The notes under the pieces were generated by a model that was not told where the DNA came from, made no database searches, and was given only the letters and a program-made list of their open reading frames with translations. From NCBI RefSeq assembly GCF_018350175.1, contig NC_058368.1:206214001-206278000 (forward strand): a stretch of DNA of 64,000 bases, in the 5' to 3' direction. A program made the translations under genes and the position numbers. Positions 51,476 to 64,000 of the stretch are shown one piece after another. This DNA comes from Felis catus. Its lineage: Eukaryota. Positions within the stretch are counted from its first letter, which is position 1. The number at the start of each line of letters is the position of its first letter.

Positions 51476-52031
51476 TTCCTGCCGCTGGATGAACTCAACT
51501 GTAAGCTGGAAGGGAAGGGAGCTGATCGCTATAGTCTATACACAAGTTGACCTTATACAGTGCAGAGCACACAAAGCAACACCATAAGCCTTCCTGAGAC
51601 TTAGATTTGACACTGTGATTTTTTTTGTCATGAAATTTAACATAACAAAAAACATAATGATGTTTCTCCTTTGAATCAGATACATTTGGATTTTTTTTTT
51701 GAGTTCCTAGCTGCATAGACAAACAAATATTACAGAGGAAAAAGACAGAGTTAGCCTCATGCCTCCAGCCAACTAGACTGGATTGGTTAGCTACTAGAAT
51801 TACATTGCAAGTCAGAACTACATTATTACTGAAACTTTCCTTGACATGTTTTACTAAAGGTGCTAGATTAATTGCAGAAAATAGCCCCAATTAATGGCTT
51901 TCTGGATATATTTTGGATTTCTGCAATATTACTTTGTAAGAAGTGGTATCTGTTTTTCCCCAACTCTTGAGTATGTCACAACTGTCTTTGTGTGACATAC
52001 TCTGGCCAACAGAATGTGGCAAAAGTGATGG

Positions 52032-52466
52032 TGCTATGGGTTGAATTGTGCTCCCCACCAAAAAAAAAAATTCTGTTGAAGTCCCCAGTACCTCAGAATG
52101 TGGCCTTATTTGTAAACAAAATCTTTAAAGAGGTCAAATTAAAATGAGGTCATTAGGGTGAGCTCCCATGAAGTATGACTGTTGTCCTTACAAAAAGGGG
52201 GAATTTGAAAACAGAGACATGCACAGAGGGAAAGTGATTGAAGACACACAGAGAGAAGATGGGCATTTAAAGCCAGGAAATAACTGAGGCTACCAGAAAC
52301 TAGAGAGTAGTGGAACAGCTCTTTCCCTAATGCCTGCAGAGAGCCCTTGACCCTGCTAACACCTTGGTTTCAGACCTCTGGCCTCCATAACTATGAGACA
52401 ATAAATCTCCCGTTGTCCTAAGCTACCCTTGTGTAGTGCTTTCTTCAGCCCTAGGAAACTAATTCA
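52032..52466 (+). mobile_element. MLT1-type MaLR solo LTR
   Basis: TGCTATGGGTTGAATTGTG...GGAAACTAATTCA with 5-bp TSD GATGG (52027-52031 and 52467-52471). Confidence 0.85.
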
Positions 52467-52997
52467 GATGGCATGATAGTACTAAATCTAAGCCTTCTCT
52501 TCTGTCTCTTTCTCTCTCTCCCTCTTGCCTTCTCTCATACTCCTGGGTCCTCTCCGTAAGAATATGCCCCATCTAGTCCGAGAATAAGTCCAGACTAGAC
52601 TGCCAGAAGACGACAGACTAGTCTATAGCCAGCTGACCACAGACACATGAGAAAACTCAGGAAAGACCAGAGGAACTGCCCAGCCAACTACAGACACATG
52701 AATAATAACACACACTTATTGTTTTAAGCAACTGAATTTTGATAAGCTCTATTATTACACTAAATAACTGACATAGAAAAGAAGATCATACAAAGTAAAC
52801 AGTAACATGCAAGAAACACATCATAATATTAGAATGTTACCTATAGAATAAGGGGAATGGGGAATAAAGAAAAAAGGGAATAAAAAGACATGGGGCTTTT
52901 CACAGTATAATGATGATACTATGCAGTGAATAATTAAGTCAACCCTATACGATAAGTGAAATATGTAAATAAATTTTAAAAATTAAGAATGAGCCCT

Positions 52998-53213
52998 AGG
53001 GCACCTGGGTGGCTCAGTCATTTAAGCATCTGACTTATGATTTTGGCTCAGGTCTTGATCTCAGTTTGTGAGATAGAGCCCTGTGTCAGGTTCCATGCCA
53101 GCAGTGCAGAGCCTCCTTGGGATTCTCTCTCTCCCCCTCTCTCTGCCCATCCCATGCTCATGCTCATGCTCTCTCTCTCTCTCTCAAAATAAATAAATAA
53201 ACTTAAAAAAAAA
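52998..53213 (+). mobile_element. SINEC
   Basis: Head, CT tract, A tail. Confidence 0.88.
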
Positions 53214-53274
53214 TGAGGCCTAAAAATGACTATGGATTGGGAAGGTATGAGGGTGGAACAAGAATTGTGTTGTA

Positions 53275-53956
53275 AATGGAATATTACTCAGCCATTAAAA
53301 AGAATGAACTCTTGGGGTATATGGGTGGCTCAGTAGGTTAAGTGTCTGACTTCAACTCAGGTCATGATCTCGTGGTTCATGAGTTTAAGCCCCACGTGGT
53401 GCTCTGTGCTGACAGCTCAAAGCCTGGAGCCTGCTTTGGATTCTGTGTCTCCCTCTCTCTCTCTTTACCCCTCCCCCACTCATGCTCTGTCTCTCTCTCT
53501 CTCTCTCAAAAAGAAATAAACACTAAAATATTTTAATTAAAAAAAAAGAATGAAATACTGTAATTTTCAATGACACAGATGGAGCTAGAGTGTATTATGC
53601 TAAATGAAATAAGTCATTCAGAGAAAGACAAATACCATATAATTTCACTCATATGTGGAATTTAAGAAACAAAATAGATGAACATATAGGAGGGGAGAAA
53701 ATAAAAAATAAAAAAGAGAGAGGGAAACAAACCACAAGAGACTCTTAACAATAGAGAACAAATTGAGTGTTGATGGAGGGAAGTGGGCAGGGGATGGGCT
53801 AGGTGGGCGATGGATATTATTAGTAGGGCACTTGTTGTGATGAGCACTGAGTGTTGAATGAAACTGATGAATCACTGAATTCCACTCCTGAAACCAATAT
53901 TACATTGTATGTTAACTTACTATAATTTAAATAAAAATTTGAAAAGAAAAAAAAAA
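53275..53956 (+). mobile_element. Carnivore L1 3' end with nested SINEC (53313-53545)
   Basis: 15-bp TSD AAGAATTGTGTTGTA at 53260-53274 and 53957-53971. Confidence 0.9.
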
Positions 53957-53965
53957 AAGAATTGT

Positions 53966-54416
53966 GTTGTAGGTTAAATTATGTATCCCTCAAATTCCTA
54001 TGTTGAATTCCTAACCCCCAATGCCTCCGTGATATTATTTGGAAATAGGGTCATTGCAGATATAATTAGTAAAGATGAAGTGTTAGGGTGAGCCCTGATC
54101 CAATATGACTAATGTCTTTATAAAAAGGGGAAATGCACCCCTAGAGAACCTAGAGACCTAGGGACCTAGAGAAATGCACCCAGGGAGACAACTATGAATG
54201 CAGACGAGAGGGATATTTTTACAAGCCAAAGAATGCCAAAGATGTCCAACAAACTGCCAGAAACTAGGAACAGATTCTTCTTTACAGCCTTCAGAAGTAA
54301 CCAACCTTGATTTCAGACTTCTGGCCTCCAAACTGAGACGCCACATTTCTGTTGTTTATTGTTTAAGCTACCTCCTTTGTGGCACTTTGTTACAGCAGCA
54401 GTAGCAAACTAATACA
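53966..54416 (+). mobile_element. MLT1-type MaLR solo LTR
   Basis: TGTTGTAGGTTAAATTATGT...GTTACAGCAGCAGTAGCAAACTAATACA. Confidence 0.85.
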
Positions 54417-55100
54417 AGGTGTGATGAGGAGGACATTACTCCTCTCCTACCTAGAACTGGATGATGGATCCCCACGATTTGGACTGAGTGTGAGACAATA
54501 GCTATGTTTCTTTCCCTTCTCTGCTCAGAAGTTGGTGATATTTATTTTCATAGACAATATCTCTCCAAATGAAGCATTTCTAACATTTTGAATTTTCATT
54601 CAGAAATATTCCAATTCAAGATACCAATATAATTTCCCTTATCAAGATGATAATTTATGACTGGATCAAGCCAAGTACCAATATTTTGGGATCTTATCCA
54701 ATTATTATAAGCTCCTCTCTGATTTTCACTTCAGTAGTTAGGCCCATAATCTCCATATCCCTCTGACTGGTCACAAAGGCACTGAAATGACTTAAGAGGC
54801 TTAATTTGAGGCTTAATTTGAGCAAAGTTAGTGGTTAGCAACTTATATGTACCATGGAGGTAACTGCAGAAACCTGTAAGCTGACAGTCAGTATTTAGTT
54901 TTGCTTATATTGTCCATCATTTTGTAGGGCCTAGGTCTTCCTCTCTGTCAACCCCACCCATAAGGAAATTCCAAACTAGAGAGGCATAAGGAGTTTCTGA
55001 GTAGCTGCTTTTCTGGTGCCTTTCCTTACCCCTCCTCCCCATTGTGTCGTGGAAACCTAAAAATAAGTTGTGGCCCAACTACCACATAGTATGGCCATAC

Positions 55101-55658
55101 CTTCCATCTTTTTCTCCTCCTCCGCTGCGAATGACATGCCAGTTTCGGAATCCTCATAACTCTGTTCTTCATCAGAGAACTGTGTGGTCTCTGAATATGC
55201 AGCGCCCTCTTCGCCATCATAAACACCGTGCTCTGAGTCATTATAATCCTCTTCTTCCACAGAGGTTTCTCCATCTTCAGAGTGTCCAACAGATTCAAAA
55301 TATTCCTCTTTTCCTAAGTACAAAGAATCATCTGGCTCCTCATATCTCTGTCCATCCTGTAAATACTCAATGGTTGCTGGAATTTCATATTTAATGTTCT
55401 CAACTAAATGTGGCAATATGCCTTTTGGTGTGTTGTATTCCTCCTCATTTTCCCTTGAGGACCAAGCAGCTCCCTTATAAGTAGTTTTCGTGTCCCTGAA
55501 GCACTCAGAAATTCCCACATCCAGGTGTTCTTTCTCTTTGAAGGACACTGTGATTTCAGGATTCTCGGGCTGTTTCTCTCCAGAGGAAAAAACATCTTCT
55601 GAATTCTTGCTTATCCCGATAGCTTGAAGAGGTTCTATATTCTTATGTTTTAAAAATT
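55101..55658 (-). CDS. CARD6: CARD6 coding exon 2 (acidic region)
   Basis: 558 nt, CAG acceptor and GTATGG donor, phase 1/1; (E)FLKHKNIEPLQAIG...DGQRYEEPDDSLYLGKEEY...EEEKKME. Confidence 0.96.
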
Positions 55659-56751
55659 CTGAAAAGCACAAGAAAGTTGGGGGGGGGGGGTATTTTGTTT
55701 TTTCAAATTAACAAAAAGACCTCGAAGCATCATCTCTCTTCTTTATTTCAAAACTGGAGGATAAGAATACCTAGCATCTCCCAGACAAATAACAAGTCAA
55801 TTGTCATTCTTTCTCTCACTGGAAAAAAATCAGATCACATTCCTACCTTGCTCAAAAGTTTGGCTCTTCATAGCAAACTCAAAGAGTACATGAGTGAAAC
55901 AGAAAATTTGAATCCTATAAATAGTGCTGACTTGTGGATTTACTGTGACCCAAAACCAAGTCAGATTTCCTAGGGCCATTGCTGATGAAATCTGATCCTA
56001 ATAATTTCTAATTGGGAAGCAAATAGCTCTAATTTGGAATAGTAAGTTCTAGAAATAATAATATCTATTTCTCTAAGCACATGGGTCCTGTCCTACATTA
56101 CGGACTGTTAACATGAACCTTTTTGGCTGAACCTCTACCTCTCTAATACCTCTTGAAATAATCTTCAATATTTTTTAGATTTTTAGAAAAAGGAGCTACA
56201 TCTGTCTCTGGTAGTAATGTACAGAGTCACTAAAAAATCCATTCTGGAAGAATTACTCCCTCATCTGCCACTAATTATCTTTAAACATTGAAGAATTAGC
56301 ATTTCAATTGTTTCAGAAGAGTAGGCTTCTGCAGGTATTCTTATCACAGAAAAAAAATGAAGTTACTGATCCACCATATAGGTGTGCTACAAAATCATGT
56401 TTCTGATATTTCCAAAATGGCTATACTAAGTGAAAGATGCAGCATTTGGTCTTGGGGTTGTAAAACATCCATGAATTTACTTATTGAATAATAAGCAGTT
56501 TATACTAGCACTAAAAAACCGCAAGTTTTGGATACAGTTTGAACAAAATCTTATCAATCCCCTAAACCAAAAAAATACATTGTTCCCTGCTTTTAAAATC
56601 CTGGACACTTTTCCCCTTTTTCATATGCTAGTGAAAATTATCTCCAGGAGAAAGACAAATGAAAACAAAAGACAATAATGTTCTTTTTTCAGGGAATCTG
56701 CCTTGTCACTCTTACTCTTACCCCCCAAAAAAGTACAGAAATCCAACTTAC

Positions 56752-57034
56752 CGTTTTGTAAGCCACCAACAGTAGCTGACTCTGGAAAAGTACTAAGTAA
56801 ACACTTGAGAAAATGCTGACAGCTCACCTCTCCCCTTTTCTGTACCAAAATTAACAGCTTTCGACTTTTCTTCAGGGGATCTGTAACATTCTCCAGAGTC
56901 TCATACTCTTCCTCAGAAATCAGCCCCCGAGAGGTTAACGAATCTAAGACAGAATCAGGATCGTGTTGGAGGATTTCAAGTAACTTTTTTCGTTCTTTTT
57001 CTATGATCTCTGAAGGAACACTCCTGGCAGCCAT
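56752..57034 (-). CDS. CARD6: CARD6 coding exon 1 (CARD domain)
   Basis: ACAATGG Kozak context; MAARSVPSEIIEKERKKLLEILQHDPDSVLDSLTSRGLISEEEYETLE...; 283 nt, GTAAGT donor. Confidence 0.97.
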
Positions 57035-57179
57035 TGTTCCTGTGTCCTCTAGACCAGGAAATGGATTTTGAAACCGTTCCAATAGTAAATAAATACAGGT
57101 TTAAAAAAAATGGCAAAGAGTAATTCTATTCAGCAAAGATTAAACAGGTCAAAGATATCTAGCATTGGAGAGGGCAAGT

Positions 57180-57300
57180 ACAAACAAGTGGGGGGTGGGG
57201 GGTGGAGCCAGCCCTAAACCCAGCCAGGCCTGCCTCCCTATAGATTATTTATCTGCTCTTTTGCTCACTTGACTCAGTCTCATTTTGACTCAGCCCCAGT
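57180..57300 (-). promoter_or_regulatory. CARD6: Probable CARD6 proximal promoter elements
   Basis: GGGGGTGGGGG (KLF/SP) at about 57190-57205; two AP-1 TGACTCA sites at 57270-57276 and 57286-57292. Confidence 0.45.
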
Positions 57301-57465
57301 GTTAATTCCTCTGAGAAGTCTCTCCTGAAATTTAGTTTGGACTAGGTATTCCCTGCTCGGAGCTCTATTCGTGATAAGAATGAATTGATTAATTCTTTCT
57401 GGAGAGAAATCCTGCAATATGCAGCAATAAATAAATAAATGCTGATAGATAAAAATACAAATTAA

Positions 57466-60400
57466 GGGGTGCCTGGGTGGCTCAGTCGGTTAAGTGTCTG
57501 ACTTTTGATCTCAGCCGCGATCATGATCTCAGTTCCTGAGCCTCATGTCATCAGGTTCTGTGCTGGGCACGGAGCCTGCTTGGGATTCTCTCTCTCCCTC
57601 TCTCTGCTCCTCCCCTGCTTACACACACACACACTCTCTCTCAAAATACATAAACACTTTAAAAGTAAAAAATAATACAAATTTATACCTTTCAACTCAG
57701 CAATTTCACTTCTAGAAAATTTCTTAAGGAAATAATCAGACAAATGCCCAAAGATACATGTGTAAGAATCTTCGTGACAGCATTATTTATGATAGCAGAA
57801 AAATTTTAAATAACCAAGATTTAAATAAAGTGGGCATTTGTGGAATAAATGTTGATACATCAACAGTGAAACAGAAAAGAACAGCTTACAAGGACAGGGC
57901 ACCTGTCAGGCTTAGTAGAGCATGCTTAGTAGAGCATGCGACTCTTGATCCCAGGGTCATGATCCTGATGCCCACAGTGGGGACAGAGTTTACTTAACAA
58001 AAAATAAATACATAAATAAGTAAAAAGGATGAAGTGAGTTATACATATTGACAGCTAGTAATACCCATGATATATCATTATGAAAGATAGCAAGTTAAGA
58101 TCCCATTTTTGTTTAAAAAATTAAAATGTGCATAGCATACATATATTATATGCATATGTAGATATAGATTTAAAAGAACACAGTCGGGGGCGCCTGGGTG
58201 GCGCTGTCGGTTAAGCGTCCGACTTCAGCCAGGTCATGATCTCGCGGTCCGTGAGTTGGAGCCCCGCGTCAGGCTCTGGGCTGATGGCTCAGAGCCTGGA
58301 GCCTGTTTCCGATTCTGTGTCTCCCTCTCTCTCTGCCCCTCCCCCGTTTATGCTCTGTCTCTCTCTGTCCCAAAAATAAATAAACGTTGAAAAAAAAATT
58401 TTTTTTAAAAGAACACAGTCAGGAGAGAGATAGCCCAATGGTAACACTGGTTAACTCTGAGGATATGATGACAGGGGGATTCATACTTTCTACTTTAAAC
58501 ACTCCTTTTTATTTTAATATTTCATAGTTTTTGTTTTTATTAGCAGACTTCATTTTGATTTTTCTAAAAAAACTACCTGGGTGGTTTTTATTTATAGGTA
58601 TGTAGTTCACAAGAACCTGAAAACAAAACAATTTAAATAACTATCAACAGGATACTGGATAAATAAACTCTAGTGTTGCATTAACAGTATACACCATTCA
58701 AAAAGAATGACCTTCAGTGACCCAGAAGATAACCATATATTAAGGGAAAACTTTAAGTCCCAAAAGATTATATGCAGCAAGACACTCTTTTTAAAAGTTG
58801 AATGTGTACCTGCGTAGCTCAGTCAGTCGAGCGTCGACAGCTCTTGATTTCGGTTCAGGTCATGATCTCACGGTTCATGACTTTGAGCTCCATGTTGGGC
58901 TCTGTGCTGACAGTACAGAGCCTGCTTGGGCTTGGGATTCTGTGTCTCCCTTTCTCTCTGCCCCTCCCCTGGTCACAATCTCTCTCTCTCAAAAATAAAC
59001 ATTTTTTTAAAAAAAATAGAAAGAAAAGTCAGCAGTAATTTCATTTACTATAGGTGGGGGGGGGGGGGGAAGGAGGGCTAGTGCCAAGTGCTGGTGGTCA
59101 AGAGCCTTGGATTGTACCAGAATCATGGATGCAGTGTTTATGTAGTCTCCATCATTCTCTGCTGAAAGGCAACATGTCATAGAGCAAATACCTAGGTAGC
59201 AGCATATATCATGTTTCAGAAGTTCATTTACTCCTGACCTAAACATGGCATTTGGACAGGAACCTGGAGGTTCTGAATTGGCTTTGCAGAGCTAAGGGTT
59301 AACCTGACTAGGACCGAAATAGCGTGGAATCAAGCACACCAAAAACAACTACTTTACATCAAAGAGCAAAAATATTTCACTTTCCCTGTCTACAACTGGG
59401 AGAGTAAAAAAAGAATCTCACACAGTGCCAGTCATACTGCTTTGGTTCCTCAGTGGTTGCCACCTGCCCTACCTTTTCTAATCTCATTTATTCGGACACC
59501 TGTGCTAGGCAGAATGCCACCCCCACCCCCCACCCCAGTGTCTATGTCCTTATTAACACAACCTATAAATATGTTAGGTTACATGGCAAAGGACAATTAA
59601 GGTTGCAGATGTAATTAAGGTTGCTAATCAGCTGATCTTGAGCTAAGGAAGTTATCTGGTGGGGCCAATGTAATCACAAGGGGCTGTTAAAAGATAAACT
59701 GAGGCATATTTAAATTTTGAAGAGTTTGAGCAAAAGTGAATTCTAATAGGGCAGTGTCAAACCAGAAGTGGTTAGGAGTCTCAGACTTCAAGAGCCTGGG
59801 AAAACAGAAAGTGCAGAAGCAAAGAAAGGCAAGGACTTGATTGGGTGTAACTTTAAGCCCAGTTAGTTTTAATTGGTTGTCCTTAGTGGTTTTGTGTTTG
59901 TTTTTTGTTTGGTTCGTTGTTAAGTCCTCTCTACGCCCCACTCAAGACCCTGAGACCAAGAGTCGCGTGCTCTGACTGCCAGGCACCCTCTCCTTAATGT
60001 TTTGCTTTCCCAACGTGGAGGCATTTACGGGCTTAGATTTGTTTGCTTACGTAGGTCTCCACGGCATTAGAGCCACCTCAGTGGCTGTCACTTGTGAGAT
60101 ATTAGCAAAGGTAATGGAATAACTGCTAGCAGAACAAAATGAACTCTAGAAATCAGACATTTAATTTGAACAGGTTAACAGTCGCTGTAGAAGTACTAGA
60201 CTCTTTTCTAGGGGCTGGGAATAAAAATGTTCACAGGGCAGTCTCTGTCCTCGAGATAGTGGCAGATCGGAGATGAGGGGTCAGCAGCCAAGGGATAAAG
60301 AGGAGGCCAACATTTAAGTGCCCAGACTAAACTGCAATTCCAGGAACTTTCTGCATTAGGTGCTGTTTCTTACTACGGTTCTAGTAAGTTCCTACAAACT

Positions 60401-60598
60401 TAAGAGGCTTAAAACGAAACAAATTAGTGGTGCCTGAATGGCTCTGTCTGTTGAGCAACAAAATACTGATTTCGGTTAAGGTCATGATCCCAGAGTAGTA
60501 GGACCACGCTCCAGGTTGGGCCCTGAGCTGAGCCTGCTGGGGATTCTCTCTCTCCCTGCCTCTGCCCCTCTCCCCCACCCTCACGTGCTCTCTTAAAA
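57466..60598. mobile_element. Six SINEC copies between CARD6 and RPL37 (+ 57466, 57897, 58186, 58805, 60428; - about 59900-59988) plus an MLT fragment at about 59500-59690
   Basis: Copy 58186-58406 has TSD AAAAGAACACAGTC. Confidence 0.85.
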
Positions 60599-61343
60599 AA
60601 TGTTTTTAAAATAATAAAAGTGCTTAAGTACAGACTGCCAGGCCCTACCTAAAGGGGCCAAATCAGATTTCCTCACATCAGGGTGCAGGAAACTACATCT
60701 ACAGGTTCCCTTGACACAATATAATTTTAGATCAAAATACTTGCCACTAAATTACTACAGCTAGAAAAAAACATGATTCGCCTTTGTTTTTAGATTCGGA
60801 ACCCAGCTCTTCAGAGGCCGGTCCGTGTTCTCCATACCGCTGACGACCTCTAGGGAAGAACCGGCTCAGCCAAGAGCGTCTAGCCAGAAGCGCTAGTTTC
60901 TCCCAGCTGGGGATTCCAGTCCCATCCCGAACCCAACACCTCACGCCGGTAGCGCAGGGTCAGCACGGGCACCCCTAGGTTCCCCACTGAAATCTGCGGT
61001 GTGACCACAACTCTGAGAACCCGAGAAGGTGGAAGAGCAGGAGCAGGCGCACAAAGAACGCAGGTCTGGCGTGAACATTGCTCTCGGCCAAGGCGGGTCC
61101 AGCGAAGTCACGCCCATTCGGACACTAGGAAGCTGTGAGCCCTCCCGCCACCCGGCCCTGAAACCCTTATTGGCCCCGCCTGGCTCTGGATCCTCCTCTA
61201 GACCCACCCACACTGCGCTACGGGCGTTTGAGAACGGTGCACCGGTCCCGCCGGAAGTACTTTCCTGGGCGGAAGCTTCTGAGCCACCATATAGCGGAAG
61301 TGCCTTCTTTTCCGGCCTCTTTGGTCTCGGTTGCGGAAACAAG

Positions 61344-61346
61344 ATG
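61344..61346 (+). CDS. RPL37: RPL37 exon 1 (ATG only)
   Basis: AAG ATG|GTGAGT downstream of the TOP tract. Confidence 0.95.
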
Positions 61347-61891
61347 GTGAGTTTCTTCCAAGGGTTCTGGAATCGCCTTCCATCCTCATCCTCTGCGTTG
61401 TCCTCCTTGCCATCCTTAGGGGGCCGGCAAGGCTCCTGATAAGGGGAGCGGGTGGGCAGCAACGGGGCCAGTAGAATGGCTCCTAACTGTAACTGGGGTA
61501 CTCAGTCTGCATCCGTGGAGCAGGCGCCACTCTCGGTCCCTTGCTCCCTTTGATTTTTGGGGGAACTCCTTTCCTCGGATGAGACTGGAAAAAGCAGCAT
61601 GTTTTGGGAGTGTTTGGCTCTATAAGCAAAGGAATTCATTGAAGGGGAGACCTGGCAGGAGCTCTTAGATTTTGGGGGTCGGAATACGTAGGAAAACCAC
61701 CACCTTATTTCGTCTTGCGACTTGTTTTTTCTTTAAAAAAAAAAACGTAGCTGATTTCGAAATACTGCAACCCTTGTAGAATGCTTTAGGTAACGTGAAA
61801 TGCTGGTAGTTAATTTAGCATTTAAAAAGTTAGAAGCTTCCGCTGCAGTTTCAGCCGTAGATTGTCTTTAAAAATCTTTTTAAAGAGTTAA

Positions 61892-62131
<240 letters not shown>

Positions 62132-62324
62132 TAGCTGTTGGAAGGGATGTTAATAGTCTGCGTTGTACCTAAGTGGGCATGGCTTTGGGCAGTACTTGGT
62201 ACTTAACGTAAAAGTGCATCTGTATGTGGACGAAGTGGATTTAAAAAACAAGGCACTTTTTAAAGTATATTGACCGACAGTGCGTACAACGTGTGTAGGA
62301 AAAACCAGTTAGAACCTGACCTGA

Positions 62325-62567
<243 letters not shown>

Positions 62568-63198
62568 TAAACTTCAGATCAGTTAATCTGCATTTTGTTA
62601 ATCTTTCAGTGAGCAATAGTATAAGCTATAAACGTGTAGAGTGATTTGAGCTCGACTCCCTCAAATGTAATAATACCAGGGATAATCTACATCTTTCTCA
62701 CCAAAATTTGTCAGGACAGTAGTGGTGAATGAGGCCTGGGGTCAGGCCTTCACTTCTGTGGCTTTGAGCAAATCTGCTACAGAAAACTGTCATAGTTATT
62801 GCATTAGTATAGAATGAAAGATACCTTTCTGTCTTGTCAAAGCCAGGCTTTAGAGTTAGAATGCAGAATTTCAGCTCCAACCTGGACTTTCAGAGAAACT
62901 GCATTTTAACGGCATCTTTTAAGGTGTCTTAGGTCTCAACTAAGATCATTCTTTGTTGGGGAATCCCTGGTCTTTGCCCCCTCAATTCCAGATTTTCTAA
63001 TTTTAAAAGATAACAAGGAATTTTGAGGCTTTGTAAACACCACACGCTTACATGTGTTTGTGTTCATGTGCTGAGATGACCTTTCTTTGCCCTTAAAAGC
63101 ATTATACAGTAGTGTGGGCTTAGTATTGAGTGGTCTGCTAGTTTAATGTCAGTTTAAGAGCATGAACTGATCAGAAGTCTTTAAAAGGGGGATAACTA

Positions 63199-63306
63199 CA
63201 GCTGTTGCAGCATCCAGTTCATCTTAAGGATTTCAACCATTAGTCACACAATAAATGTTCTGGTTTTAAAAAATATGTGGTGTGCTAAGGTATTTTTAAT
63301 TGCCTT
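63199..63306 (+). repeat. Intronic duplicate of the RPL37 3' end (copy of 63783-63890)
   Basis: 107/108 identical; includes TAA, AATAAA (63250-63255) and the downstream GU-rich element. Confidence 0.97.
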
Positions 63307-63583
63307 AGTGTGTATGCATATTAAAAGTTAAAAATGTAAAGCATAGTTAAGCAGTTTAGAAAATATCCGCCATTAAACCTGCTCCTTTTTTGCCTTGGTT
63401 AAAGGATACTGCCCAATAGCCTAGGGACACGTTTTCACAAATAACCTTAGGGCTCTTAATATCTGGAAAGAAGTACTGGCCCAGTGATCAGTACAACCAA
63501 ATAAATTGTTGACCTTTTTTCCAGTTGCAGTTAAGTATATGCTTAAAATGGGTGATTTGATGCAGAAGTAGTAAATAAAATGC

Positions 63584-63663
63584 AGCTTATCCATGATGTT
63601 GTAAAAATAAATGTCTGAACATATGAATTTGATACTGATTTCAGCATTCAACTGAGATAAGCT
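63584..63663 (+). ncRNA. SNORD72: C/D box snoRNA SNORD72 in RPL37 intron 3
   Basis: 8-bp terminal stem AGCTTATC/GATAAGCT; C box ATGATGT at 63593; D box CTGA at 63652-63655; AAATGTCTGAAC (63609-63620) complementary to recalled 28S rRNA GUUCAGACAUUU; RPL37 is the known host. Confidence 0.92.
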
Positions 63664-63691
63664 CATTTAAATCTGTATTAGTAAAAGTTGA

Positions 63692-63811
<120 letters not shown>

Positions 63812-63833
63812 GGATTTCAACGATTAGTCACAC

Positions 63834-63839
63834 AATAAA
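63834..63839 (+). terminator. RPL37: RPL37 poly(A) signal
   Basis: AATAAA 22 nt after the stop, followed by GU-rich TGTGGTGTG. Confidence 0.9.
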
Positions 63840-64000
63840 TGTTCTGGTTTTAAAAAATATGTGGTGTGCTAAGGTATTTTTAATTGCCTTGTATCAGTGA
63901 ATTATTGTAGGATTGGGGATGGGACAACTTAATATTAGAGTTACTTGTTAAGTTACTGTTCTGGGGCATTAGTTTTGACCTGGGTTGTCTTCAAGCAGAC

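Noticed and set aside
51495..51890. 131-aa minus-strand ORF in CARD6 intron 2
   Set aside because: Non-ATG start, no recognisable homology, lies among old repeats
56621..57082. 153-aa ORF as the CARD6 N-terminus
   Set aside because: Begins at a non-ATG codon and runs through the GTAAGT donor; the real coding exon is 56752-57034
60941..61462. 173-aa minus-strand and 136-aa plus-strand ORFs over the RPL37 promoter
   Set aside because: Typical stop-poor GC-rich CpG-island ORFs with no recognisable domain
63199..63306. RPL37 processed pseudogene fragment
   Set aside because: Contains sequence downstream of the expected cleavage site and lacks a poly(A) tail and TSD

Overview
Mammalian genomic DNA, almost certainly from a felid: it carries about 45 tRNA-derived carnivore SINEs, including young SINEC_Fc-type copies, and carnivore L1 3' ends. 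The window covers the conserved C7-CARD6-RPL37 block. On the minus strand are the first four coding exons of complement C7 (13697 to 2148; the gene continues beyond the left edge) and a complete 3-coding-exon CARD6 (57034 to 46721, 1028 aa). On the plus strand is a complete 4-exon RPL37 (61344 to 63811, 97 aa) hosting SNORD72 in intron 3. The C7-CARD6 interval contains a decayed, 5'UTR-to-3'UTR ADP/ATP translocase (SLC25A6-type) processed pseudogene. It is split by an LTR, which is itself split by an L1. The most unusual observation is a 108-bp, 107/108-identical DNA-level copy of the RPL37 stop codon, poly(A) signal and downstream element inside RPL37 intron 3, upstream of SNORD72. Other observations are an 87-bp polyadenylated mini-retroposon, several templated-insertion repair scars, candidate poison exons in C7 intron 1, and a CpG-rich intergenic element with a CTCF-like motif. 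Gene and repeat identities come from recalled sequences, not database searches. Repeat boundaries are approximate unless target-site duplications (TSDs) are quoted.
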